Translations under genes and position numbers: made by a program
Notes under the pieces: generated by a model
The model's database searches: none
What the model was told of the DNA's origin: nothing
Seen by the model: the letters and a program-made list of their open reading frames with translations, nothing else
Shown: piece by piece, positions 39,490 to 48,964 of the stretch
How the letters are laid out: each line of letters opens with the position of its first letter
How positions within the stretch are numbered: the stretch's first letter is position 1
From: Planctomycetota bacterium
GTDB lineage: Bacteria; Planctomycetota; GCA-002687715; CAIWVZ01
Length of the DNA stretch: 64,000 nt
Assembly (NCBI GenBank): GCA_044222185.1
Contig: JBGANV010000002.1
Span: 160,001-224,000, forward strand
Reading direction: 5' to 3'

Positions 39490-42414
39490 ATGCGAGAGCC
39501 TTACAGAGTCCTCGTCTCATCGACGTACATGGACAACGCTCAGCGGCGGGAGTGGGTCCGCCAGGCCATCGAAGCGGCGGGCATGCTGCCCATCGGGATG
39601 GAGCGATTCACGGCCGAGGGCGACCCGGTCGTCGAGACGTGCATCCGCAAGGCGAAGGAGGCGGACCTCGTCGTCGTCATCCTCGCGTGGCGGTACGGGT
39701 GGATTCCCCCGGGACACGAGAAGTCGATCACGGAACTCGAGATCGATGCGGCGGGTGACGTGCGGGCGTTCGTGCTGAACCCGACGGCTCCATTCCATCT
39801 GAGCGACCAGGACGAAGAAGAGGGCCGCGGCGCCAAGCAGGACAAGCTCACGGCGTTGAAGAAGCGCCTGACGAAGAGGACCACGCCTTGCACGTTCGAC
39901 GAGCCGCTCCTCGCCATGCGCGTGCTCGAGTGCTTGAACAATTGGCGACAAGAGAAGGAAGGCCCAGCCCCAGCGGGTGGCGTCACCATCACCACGCCTG
40001 CCCAGGTCGACAAAGCGGCGCTCGCCGCCTACCTCGCTGAAGCCGGGCGTCGCTCGGAGACCGTTCCGCTCATGGGATTCGGCGCCAAGCTCCGCGTCAA
40101 GGTCCGGCTCGATGAGCTGTACGTCCCGCTCACGGCAGTCCCCGACCTTCGCGTGACGGGCGATGGGTTCGGTGACGGCAAGCACGCCAAGTCGAAGATC
40201 GGTCACGCCGACCCCGACATGGACACCCGCCGGCAGATCCGGTTGCTCGACGCGTTCTGGCAGGCCGAGCGCAACGGCAAGCGACGCGGCGTCGTCATCC
40301 TCGGCGATCCCGGATCAGGCAAGACGACGCACCTGCAGCGCCTGCTCCTCCAGATCGTCCAGAAAGGGCCCGGGTCGCTTCAGCTTCCGGCCGACACCAT
40401 CCCGCTGCTGCTTCCGTTCCGTGACGTGGCGTCCGGCGCCGAGAGTTTTCGCGATGCGCTCGTTCCCACACTCGCCAAGTCCTATCCAGGGCAGCCGCCC
40501 GGGTTCTTCGATGCCGTGCTGCGCACGAGTCACCCGCTCTTCCTCCTCGACGGCTTCGACGAAGTCCCCGAGTCCGATCGAGAGAAGGTTGCCGGTTGGG
40601 TCGACTCGGCACTCGACACGTGGAAGGGCGCCCGCATCGTCATGACGTCGCGGTACGCCGGCTACACGAAGAACGTGCGCCTCGGTGCCGACTTCCTCGA
40701 ACTACACCTCTACGCGTTCAGCAGCCCCCAGGCTGACGACTTCATCCGCCGGTGGTGGACGCTCGTGGAGAACGCCGAGCATGCTGATGACCCGGAGCTG
40801 GCTCAGAAGAATGCCGACGCCGGCGCCCTCCGGCTCATCGAACGCCTACGGACACCCGAGCGAGGGTCGGAGCGCGTGCGCGAGCTCGCGACGAATCCGC
40901 TGCTTCTCTCGCTCGTTTGCCTCGTCCACCGCGACCGCGGCGAGCTGCCGAAACATCGCGCCGAGTTGTACGAGTGGTGCACGACGATCCTGCTCGAGCA
41001 CTGGCGAAAGGTGAACCGCCTTCCCGTCACGCTCGGTGCCGAGAAGGCTCGCGAGGTGCTTCAGCCGCTGGCGGCGTACCTCCACGCCGAATCGGGTCGG
41101 ACGCGCGCGTTGGCGACGTCGATCACGCCCATCCTCGAGCCGGAGCTGCGACGCATCCGCTACGACCGCGACGCCGCTGCGTTCCTCCGCACGATCCAAC
41201 ATGAGAGTGGACTTCTGACCGGCTGGGGTGACGGCTCGTTCGGGTTCCTTCACCTGGCCTTCCAGGAGTACCTGACCGCCGGCCACATTCGCGCCAAGGG
41301 CCTGGCCGATCCGACCCACTTCCGCGAGCTCGCCGCCAAGCTCGGTGACAGTTGGTGGGAGGAGGTCATGCGGCTCATGGTGGCGCTGGGCAACCCCTGC
41401 GCGTTCGACCAGTTCATGCCGGCGTTGCTCGCTCAGGACGGCATTGGCGATCGTCAAGTGTTGATCGAGGAACTCCTCAACGAGGCGGCCTCCGTCTCAG
41501 CCGCGCCATTCGTGAACGTGATCGATGCGCCGCCGGGGAAGCAACAGCAGCGCTGGAGTCAGCAGCTCGTGGCGATCACGGCCCTGCGCGCGATCGATCC
41601 GGCTGCCATCGAGAAGCGGCATGCCTCGCTGGCGAAGCACCCCGATCCGCGAATCAAAGCCCTCTTCGCCACCGCGGCGCCGGCCGCGAACGACCGCGTC
41701 GAGATCGCGAAGCCGGGGCTCGTGGCCGTGCGCATCCCGGCGGGCACGTTCGTGATGGGCTCGCCCAAGAATGAACCGGGCCGTGATGACGACGAGACTC
41801 AGCACGACGTCGAGCTGTCCGAATTCTGGATGTCGACGACCCAGGTCACGAATGCGGCGTTCGACCAGTTCCGCAAGACGCACCCTGAAATCCCCGAGCC
41901 TCCGTCCCGAAACGACACCCGCTTCAAGGATCCCCAGCAGCCAGTCGTCGGCGTCACGTGGGACGAAGCGCGCGCCTTCTGCCAGTGGATCGGCGGCGAC
42001 CTGCCCACCGAGTCACAGTGGGAATACGCGTGCCGCGCCGGAACGCAGACGCCGTGGTGGTCCGGGGAGGACGAATCCTCTCTCGACGCCGCCGCCTGGT
42101 ACGACAAGAACGCGAAGCGCGCACCACACCCGGTCGCTCAGAAGGCAGCGAACCCCTTCGGCCTCTTCGACGTCCACGGGAACGTCCGGGAGTGGTGTCT
42201 GGACTGGTTCGGTGCCTATCCGAAGAAACGAACGCCCAACCCGACCGGCCCGCGTGATGGCACCTCCCGCGTCCTCCGTGGCGGCAGCTGCTGGAATGAC
42301 GCGTCGGGGTGCCGCTCGGCGTTTCGCTTCCACTGGTGGCCCGGGAGCCGGTACGTCGTCTTCGGCTTCCGGGTCGCGTTCCCCGCCGCCCCCAGCTTGA
42401 AGTTCGATCATTGA
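39490..42414 (+). CDS. DGR target 1: DUF4062 / NACHT / FGE-sulfatase (C-type lectin fold)
   Basis: RVLVSSTY..SITELE; GDPGSGKTT; FLLDGFDE; FLHLAFQEYL; LPTESQWEYACRAG; NPFGLFDVHGNVREW; RVLRGGS..GFRV. Confidence 0.9.
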   Translation: MREPYRVLVSSTYMDNAQRREWVRQAIEAAGMLPIGMERFTAEGDPVVETCIRKAKEADLVVVILAWRYGWIPPGHEKSITELEIDAAGDVRAFVLNPTAPFHLSDQDEEEGRGAKQDKLTALKKRLTKRTTPCTFDEPLLAMRVLECLNNWRQEKEGPAPAGGVTITTPAQVDKAALAAYLAEAGRRSETVPLMGFGAKLRVKVRLDELYVPLTAVPDLRVTGDGFGDGKHAKSKIGHADPDMDTRRQIRLLDAFWQAERNGKRRGVVILGDPGSGKTTHLQRLLLQIVQKGPGSLQLPADTIPLLLPFRDVASGAESFRDALVPTLAKSYPGQPPGFFDAVLRTSHPLFLLDGFDEVPESDREKVAGWVDSALDTWKGARIVMTSRYAGYTKNVRLGADFLELHLYAFSSPQADDFIRRWWTLVENAEHADDPELAQKNADAGALRLIERLRTPERGSERVRELATNPLLLSLVCLVHRDRGELPKHRAELYEWCTTILLEHWRKVNRLPVTLGAEKAREVLQPLAAYLHAESGRTRALATSITPILEPELRRIRYDRDAAAFLRTIQHESGLLTGWGDGSFGFLHLAFQEYLTAGHIRAKGLADPTHFRELAAKLGDSWWEEVMRLMVALGNPCAFDQFMPALLAQDGIGDRQVLIEELLNEAASVSAAPFVNVIDAPPGKQQQRWSQQLVAITALRAIDPAAIEKRHASLAKHPDPRIKALFATAAPAANDRVEIAKPGLVAVRIPAGTFVMGSPKNEPGRDDDETQHDVELSEFWMSTTQVTNAAFDQFRKTHPEIPEPPSRNDTRFKDPQQPVVGVTWDEARAFCQWIGGDLPTESQWEYACRAGTQTPWWSGEDESSLDAAAWYDKNAKRAPHPVAQKAANPFGLFDVHGNVREWCLDWFGAYPKKRTPNPTGPRDGTSRVLRGGSCWNDASGCRSAFRFHWWPGSRYVVFGFRVAFPAAPSLKFDH

Positions 42415-42435
42415 GATATGTCTCGGCGCGGCGGC
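42259..42435 (+). repeat. DGR variable region VR1 with invariant 3' G/C-rich and IMH-like tail
   Basis: 177-bp inverted repeat of 44190-44366; 14 mismatches, 12 of them within 42290-42361. Confidence 0.88.
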
Positions 42436-42537
42436 AGGTCACGCACGCGGCCGATCCGTCCGTCCAATCCTGCCGCTCAGCCGGCAACTCTGCCGCATCC
42501 GGCCTTCGGTCTGCCGCCTCGTTGCCATCGTCCGGCA

Positions 42538-43545
42538 TCAGAGTGTCATCAAATGGCCGACGCGGGAGGCAACCGAGGCGTCGAGCCGGCGTGACCTCCT
42601 CGCCCCGGCGCGGTGGACGAACTCCCTCGCCATCCCATCGAACGCCCGCCAGCACGACGGAAGCGGCGTGGCCCCAGATCGCGTGATCGCCTGCCCAAGG
42701 GCATGGAGCGTCCCCCAGGTGCTCCGTGCCTTCGCCCAGGGGGCTTTGAGCCGGAGCTGCCGTTCACCCATCAGCCACGCGCCCACCTGATCGCGCCAAC
42801 GCTCGACGCCGCTGCGCTCGTCACCGAACAGGACGAGGTCGTCGACGTAGCGCACATACCCAGGGACTTTCAGGTCGCGCTTCACGTGGTGGTCCAAGCC
42901 CGCAAGGTAGACGTGGGCCGCGAACAACTGACTCGTCAAGGCGCCGATCGGCAACCCGCGCCCAGGCGGCGGCCAGTCGGGTGCGATGCGCGCAGCTCGG
43001 CGAATCGAAACCGGGTCGTAGAAACCGCGGCCCGCGTCCAGGATCACGTCGACGACGCGAAGGAATTCGGCATCGCGGACGCGGCGACGGACGAGGTCGA
43101 TCAACGTGTCGACGTGGACACTGGGGAAGTACGCACGGATGTCCAAGTGCAGGAAGAAGGCGTGCCGCCTCATCAGCTCGACGAGACGGATCACGGCGCG
43201 GTGCGTTCCAAACCCAGGGCGACAGGCGAACACATCGCGTGTGAGCATCGGGAGGAAGACCGGCTCGAGCAGTGAAACGACAGCCGTGTGAACGACGCGG
43301 TCCTCGATCGGCGCGACGGCGATGACTCGGGGCTTGGGGTCGCGGATGGCGCGTGCGCGCCACCCGAGCGGCGCCCACGAGCCCGTTTCCAAGCGCCGTT
43401 GGATCTCGCCCACCTGCTCCTCGCGCCGGAAGAGGAACCACGCGACGTCGGGGCGAAGACGCTTGCCCGCGCAGGTCTTCGTCGCGGCCGCTTCGAGGTG
43501 ATCACGCGTCACGAGCTTCGCGAACAACCCACGAACCGTACGCAT
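42538..43545 (-). CDS. DGR-type reverse transcriptase
   Basis: 335 aa; DPKPRVI..DRVVH; FACRPGFGTHRA; LDIRAYFPSV; GLPIGALTSQ (SQ is the DGR signature); YVRYVDD; no maturase or endonuclease domain. Confidence 0.93.
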   Translation of the reverse strand: MRTVRGLFAKLVTRDHLEAAATKTCAGKRLRPDVAWFLFRREEQVGEIQRRLETGSWAPLGWRARAIRDPKPRVIAVAPIEDRVVHTAVVSLLEPVFLPMLTRDVFACRPGFGTHRAVIRLVELMRRHAFFLHLDIRAYFPSVHVDTLIDLVRRRVRDAEFLRVVDVILDAGRGFYDPVSIRRAARIAPDWPPPGRGLPIGALTSQLFAAHVYLAGLDHHVKRDLKVPGYVRYVDDLVLFGDERSGVERWRDQVGAWLMGERQLRLKAPWAKARSTWGTLHALGQAITRSGATPLPSCWRAFDGMAREFVHRAGARRSRRLDASVASRVGHLMTL

Positions 43546-43571
43546 GCCTCGTCCTCAGGATGAGAAAAAGT

Positions 43572-43637
43572 GCTCCCCCGGACGCTCGGCCGAGGCCTAC
43601 GAGAACGGGGGAGCGAGGGCCCGACGGTGTCGAGCCC
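43572..43637 (-). other. Two adjacent RNA hairpins upstream of the RT (putative DGR spacer RNA)
   Basis: GGGCUCGAC-acc-GUCGGGCCC, then GCUCCCCCG..GUAGGCCUCGGCCGAGC..CGGGGGAGC followed by ACUUUUU. Confidence 0.55.
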
Positions 43638-44052
43638 GCCGGGGTGGAGCCTGCTTGCGGCTGGGGTGGAACTCGTGGTGTCCGCGTGCGACGTTCATCA
43701 GCGCAGATTCGAGGGCGGCGGCCGCGGAGACCATCGGCTCGCCCGCGGCACGGAGGTTCCGGAGGAGCGCGCACGCGTGCTGAACGAATCCGAGGTCCGC
43801 GAGCGTTTTGCGGCGGTCGCCCGACCGCGACGCCGTGCGCGAGGGCAGCATGGCGTCGACGGATGTCCGCAGGCGGTCGGCGCGCTCCTGCAGTTCGTGA
43901 CGTTGGGAGTCCGTGAGCGGCAACGCAGCGCGGTCGAGGACCCAATGGCCGCCGCGCTTGACGCCAGGGAGCCGGCCGGTCCTCAGCCATGCGCGGATCG
44001 TTCGAGCGCTCTTGCCGAGGACCGTGGCGGCTTCCGTGAGGGTCAGTTCCAT
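43597..44052 (-). CDS. Excisionase-type HTH fused to a helical Avd-like domain, probably C-terminally truncated
   Basis: MELTLTEAATVLGKSARTIRAWLRTGRLPGVKRGGHWVL (HTH_17-like) then amphipathic helices; occupies the avd position; C-terminus reads through the hairpin region. Confidence 0.65.
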   Translation of the reverse strand: MELTLTEAATVLGKSARTIRAWLRTGRLPGVKRGGHWVLDRAALPLTDSQRHELQERADRLRTSVDAMLPSRTASRSGDRRKTLADLGFVQHACALLRNLRAAGEPMVSAAAALESALMNVARGHHEFHPSRKQAPPRRARHRRALAPPFS

Positions 44053-44189
44053 TCGCCAGGAATGACGGCGAGAACCGGCAAGTTCTTCCGGGAGCGCTAC
44101 TGCGTGGTCGGCGAATGGCCGGCGCCTTGCCGGCATCGTCGCGCCCGTTTGCCGGTCCGACGGCCGGAAGCGGGCGCACGCGGCTGCCG

Positions 44190-44366
44190 GCCGCCGCGCT
44201 GAGCCATATCTCAATGATCGAACTTCAAGCTGGGGGCGGCGGGGAACGCGACCCGGAAGCCGATGATGTCGTCCCGGTCCCCGGGCCTCCAGTCCCAGCG
44301 ATACGCCGAGCGGCACCCCGACGCGTCATTCCAGTAGCTGCCGCCACGGAGGACGCGGGAGGTGCC
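44190..44366 (-). repeat. DGR variable region VR2
   Basis: Inverted copy of 42259-42435 encoding the C-terminus of target 2. Confidence 0.88.
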
Positions 44367-47300
44367 CTCAGCTGGTCCCAAGGGGTCGGATGTCTGCTGC
44401 GGGTCATAGGGCGCGTACCAGTCGCGGCACCACTCCCCGACGTTTCCGTGCATGTCCTGGAGGCCCCACGGATTGACGTCGCGCTTGAAGCCGACGGGGC
44501 GCGGGCTCCCAGTGAAACCCTTCCCGTACCACGCAACCTTCTTCAACTCCTTCTCATCCGATCCGGTCCACCAGGGCGTCGTCGTCCCAGCGCGGCACGC
44601 GCCTTCCCACTGGGCCTCCGTCGGAAGGTTGCCGCCGACCCAGCGGCAGAACAGCTAGGCCTCCCACCAGGAGACTTGGGTGACAGGAAGCACGTCAGCC
44701 TCCGTCCCGCGTCGCTTGCGAGCGCCAACGAACGACTGGTACTCGCCGACCGTCACAGGTGTTCGTCCGAGTCGGAACGGACTCAGCGTGACGCGGCGCT
44801 GGGGGCGCTCGTTACCCCCGCCTTCGCCCTCCGGACTTCCCATCATGAACGTGAACTGCCTCCCGGTCGGCGGGATCGGGCGTGTGTCGATCGTCGGCCG
44901 CTGCCGGCCTGCGAAGCGCGGCACGGAGTCGAAGAACCGGTCCCGCAACCGGTCGCGGGCCGATGAGCAGCTCCCGACCAGCTTTTCCAAGGCATAGAGC
45001 ACGAACGCCAGGTCTTCGACTTCGACCGCTTCGGGCGAGGTGCCATCGCGTGCAATGACCCAGTCGAGGACGGACTTCGCCAGCGCCTCGTGCTCTGGAG
45101 AGTCTGGCCACAGCGCCAGCAGCCGCGCGAGCCGGTCTCCGTCGCGATCCGGGACCGTCAGGAAGAAGTCGAGCGTGCTCTCGAGGCTCCAACCTTGCGC
45201 ATCGGGGAGGACGGTCAGTGCGAGGTCTCCGTCGGCAGAACGCAAGGCTTCGAGCAGCGGTTTGGAGTCGGATGCGGCGACGAGGCCGGCAAGGAGCCCG
45301 TACGTTCCGCCCCATTGCGCGCCCCATCGGTGCGCCTGCTCCCGTGCGTCGTCGGACTTCGCCTTCGCAGGGATCTTCGCCCCCCAAACCGGGCGACCGC
45401 GGCGATGCAACTCCTCCGCCGCCAGCATCTCGCGGAACGAACGATGCACGAACGACCACGGGGCATGCTCGTCGCCGGCGGGTGCGAGGACGCCAGAGGT
45501 CATGCCGATGTCATGCAGGAAAGTCGTGAAGCTCTGTCCCCAGGGCTTCAGGTGAGTCTCCATCTGCGTGCGGATCTTGGGATCGGAGTCCAGAGCCTGC
45601 TCATAGGCCTCGTAGAGCGCGTCCTGACTCCACGCTTCGCCGCCCGAGGTTTGAAGTTCGAGGGCGAGGATCATCAACGCACGTCGCGCAGCGAGCGGAT
45701 CGGCGACGCTCTTCGGCGGATCGCCGTGACCGCGTTCGAGGAACGTCGTGATCGCTTCGCGGAACAGCTCCACGCGGCGACGCGGAAGGTCGCGACCGCG
45801 AAGCACGAGGTCGGCGAGCATCGTCAGCAGGAGGGGCGAGCCGGCGACTTCGGGCACGCGAAGGGCCGGACGCTGCTGGATCTGGTCCCATACAGCCGCG
45901 GCTCGTTCACCGAGATGATGCGTGAGGAGTTCCTTCTGCTCGGACTCGCCCAGCGGGCGAACCTCGAACGAGGTGAACGTGGGCTCGAAGTCCTTGGGGT
46001 CGAACCCCGCGGGCCGCGAGGTGAACACGATCCGCAGATGCTCGTGCGCAGAGGCAAGCCCGAGGATCGTGTCGCGCATGTCGGAGCGGTCGTCGCGAAG
46101 TTCATCGAAGCCGTCGAGGAGAAGGATGAGTTGACCGGGCCGGGACAGGAGCGTGCGAAGCGCTTCGGCCAGTGCCGTCGAGGCGCCGTCTCCGTGAACG
46201 CGGCTCAAGTCGCGTGACAGGAGATCGAACGCATCAGGTGGCGTGCCGCCGCTCCGGGCCGCAGCCTCCTGCCAACGGACGAGTGGCAGGAATAGCGCCA
46301 ACGGGCCCTCGGTCACTCCGGCATAGTCGTGAACGAGGCGGCGGCAGAGCGTGGACTTGCCGGCTCCCGCGCGACCGATGAGGGCGAGGCGGAATGGCCT
46401 GTCCGCCGGGGCCTGCTTGAGCAGACCGTCGAGGGTCATGGGCGAGGCCCCGAAGACGAAGGCGCGTTCGTGCTTCTCGACGCGCAACGCCTCCATCAGT
46501 GAGCGTTCATCCCTGGCATCGCCCGCCTTCCCGTCCTGCGGTTCGCACCGGCGCTGGGTGAGGAGCGGAACGACCTTCTCGACGGCGAGGTGGAAGCGGC
46601 CACCGACGTGCGCGTGAATCGTGCGGAGGTGCGCCCGATACGTCGTGAGCGCCGCTTCCGGGGTCCATCGAGGTTCGGGGGACGCAGGTGTGCCAGGGGG
46701 GTTGGGTGCGGTCTCGTCCTGGGGTTCGGGCACGGGCGGCAGGCTGCGCAGGTGCGGCTCGAGGTCACGCAGTCGTTTCAGCTCTGCGGGGCGCAGATGC
46801 TCGACGTCTGCAAGGCGGCGCGCCTCGCCGAGAAGTGCCACGCGGAGCTCGATCCCCTGTCCGATTCCATATCCGGCGATCACGCCGAGCGACGTCTGCT
46901 CCGCACCATCGCGGTCCTCCGGCGTTCGCACGAGGGGCCAGATGACTCGCCCGACGCCCGCCAACGCCTGCGGCAGGTCGTCGACGGTCTTCAGGGGGAT
47001 GCGACCGCTTCCACCAGCCGCTGCCGGGTCCCGAGGAGGCTTGACCGTCGGCAGGTCGATGAGTCGGCTCCACGGGAGCCCGAGCTTTCCGAGTGTGGCA
47101 CGCACGGCGCGACCGTCGTCAACATCGGCACACAGCGTCGCAACGTCCCTCCCCCGGTTCGCGATCGGAAGGAGCGGTGCAAGCTCCTTCGGCGACTCGA
47201 CGATGTCCTGGAACATCTCGATGTCGCGGCACGGGGTCACGAAGAAGCCTTGAAAGGGCGTGTGCCGTTCCCACTTGAACGTCCGCTTCACTCCTTCCGC

Positions 47301-47789
47301 GGCGACGAAGACGACGGGAACACCGACGGACAGGGCAAACCCGACCTCGAAGGCGACGTTGGCGTTGGGGCGATCGACGAATGCAATCAGGCGATCCGAG
47401 GCGAGGATCCCATCCTTGACGCCGTCCCAGATGCGACCCTGGTCGTGCTCGCCGAGCGGGACCGTCACTCGCCAGGGTTGATCGGCTTCATCGCGCGCCC
47501 ACTCGAGCGTGGCGGGGATCGTCTCCTGCGACATGTCCCACGCCACGAACACGCGGTAGCGGAGGAGGTCGGCGGCCGAGTCGAAGCCCAGGTCGCAAAC
47601 AAGCTTCTCGGCGAGCGACTCGAGTTTCGCCGGCGAGAGCTTCTTCGCGCGCAGCGCGTTCAGATCCTTCTCGGAGGCTCCGCTGCTCCTGGCGAGCTGG
47701 GCGGTCGTGACGCGCTTGCGCCGCAGGTGCTTCTCCACCTTCATGCGGAGCGCGCGGGATTGCAGGCTCTCCTTCGGATCGTCGGGCAT
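44211..47789 (-). pseudogene. DGR target 2: HTH-like / nucleoside-deoxyribosyltransferase- or TIR-like / NACHT / FGE-sulfatase, with one in-frame TAG
   Basis: PNANVAFEVGFALSVGVPVVFV; GRAGAGKST; LLLDGFDE; FVHRSFREML; VSWWEA*LFCRWVGGNLPTEAQWEGACRAG (TAG at 44655-44657) continuing in frame to VR2. Confidence 0.8.
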
Positions 47790-47887
47790 TGGGCAGACCT
47801 CGCATGCGGCCCATGAACTCCTCTCGTACCGCAGGCGGGGCGGAGTCTATCAAAGGGGTTTCTGCCGGGGACGGCCGACGCGCGACG

Positions 47888-48826
47888 TCAGCGTCGTGGC
47901 GTCGTCGGGCTGCCGCGCGAGTCGGCCTTCGGCGGCTCGTGCTGGCGGATCCAGTCGGAGGGGCGGAGCCATTCGGCGACTTCGGGCTCGGAGCCGTAGC
48001 CGCTGCACCAGTGGATGATGTCGGCGGGTTTGGGGTCGGGGGCGGTGCTGCCCACGAGCAGCGACATGTAGGAGGTCTCGCCGGAGGGGAAGCGGAGGGC
48101 GAGGGTGGTCTCGTCGAGGCGTTTGACCTCGGGGTGGCCCTTCACGAACTTCATCGGGGCGCCGTTGGTGCCGCCGATGGGCATGCCGAGGGTCGCGGCT
48201 TCGTCGAGAAGCTTGCGCTGCCACGACGGGGCGATCTGGATGTACGGGCCGCGGTGGATGCCGAAGTGCAGGTGGGCGGGGTAGTCGCCGTTTTCGGGGC
48301 TGCGATCGGCGCCGATGAATCCGATGGGCTGGCCGCGAGTGACGGGGTCGCCGACGCGGACGGCACGGTCCTTCGCTAGGTGGACGTAGACCGAGCACAC
48401 GTGCGTGAGGTCACCCTCGGGCGGATCGAGCTCGTGCTCGATGACGATCACGTTGCCGAGGTTCCAGTGCTTTTGGCCCGAGCCGTCGATCCACGAGGGA
48501 CTGAAGTCGGAGTAGGTGACGCGTCCCGCGGCGACGCTGCGGACGGGTGTGCGCGCGGGAAGCCAGACGTCCTCGGCGAGATGCCACGAGCCGTCGAAGG
48601 GCGAGCTCTTGTCACCGCGGATGAGGAGGCCGAAGTTGCCCTTGCCGCGAAGGCCGCGGAGGTAGGCGTCGCAGGGGAAGGTGAAGGGTGTGGGGGTGGT
48701 TGTCGCCGGGCGGGTGGCCGGACGACTTTCGGCGTGCGCCTGTGCGGTGAGTGGTGCGCTCGCGAGGAGGGTGAGCACGACGACGAGGATCGCGGGGCAA
48801 CTCGGTTTGATCGTGGAACCGTTCAC
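47888..48826 (-). CDS. Exported M23 family metallopeptidase
   Basis: HLAED (HxxxD); GNVIVIEH; YVHL; AHLHFG (HxH); start uncertain (GTG 48826 or ATG 48943). Confidence 0.8.
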   Translation of the reverse strand: MNGSTIKPSCPAILVVVLTLLASAPLTAQAHAESRPATRPATTTPTPFTFPCDAYLRGLRGKGNFGLLIRGDKSSPFDGSWHLAEDVWLPARTPVRSVAAGRVTYSDFSPSWIDGSGQKHWNLGNVIVIEHELDPPEGDLTHVCSVYVHLAKDRAVRVGDPVTRGQPIGFIGADRSPENGDYPAHLHFGIHRGPYIQIAPSWQRKLLDEAATLGMPIGGTNGAPMKFVKGHPEVKRLDETTLALRFPSGETSYMSLLVGSTAPDPKPADIIHWCSGYGSEPEVAEWLRPSDWIRQHEPPKADSRGSPTTPRR

Positions 48827-48964
48827 GGGGAGGTTTGACGGCGCGCGGTTGGGATGCGGGCCGGAGCGGTGGACGGTTTTGGTCGAGGTAGGAAACAGGG
48901 ATGTGGCGAGGGGATGTGGCGGCCGTGGGCGGGAGTTGGTCATCGCGTGGCGAGTCGGGAGCGG

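Larger units (their letters stand above)
39490..47789. mobile_element. Diversity-generating retroelement locus (two targets, Avd-like gene, RT; no TR seen)
   Basis: DGR RT plus accessory gene plus paired VRs at the C-termini of FGE/C-type-lectin domains. Confidence 0.85.

Noticed and set aside
42482-42495. Palindrome cggcaactctgccg and similar cggcaagttcttccg at 44076-44090 as HTH operator sites
   Set aside because: Short, differently spaced and expected by chance at this GC content
42538-43545. RT as group II intron or retron
   Set aside because: No maturase or endonuclease domain, no retron VTG motif; GLPIGxLTSQ and flanking VRs indicate a DGR
44190-44366. VR2 as the template repeat
   Set aside because: 5 of 12 mismatches are non-A in VR2, it lacks AAC runs, and it is the in-frame end of a target gene
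44655-44657. Pyrrolysine recoding
   Set aside because: No pyl genes seen, not a methylamine methyltransferase, and the position is not catalytic
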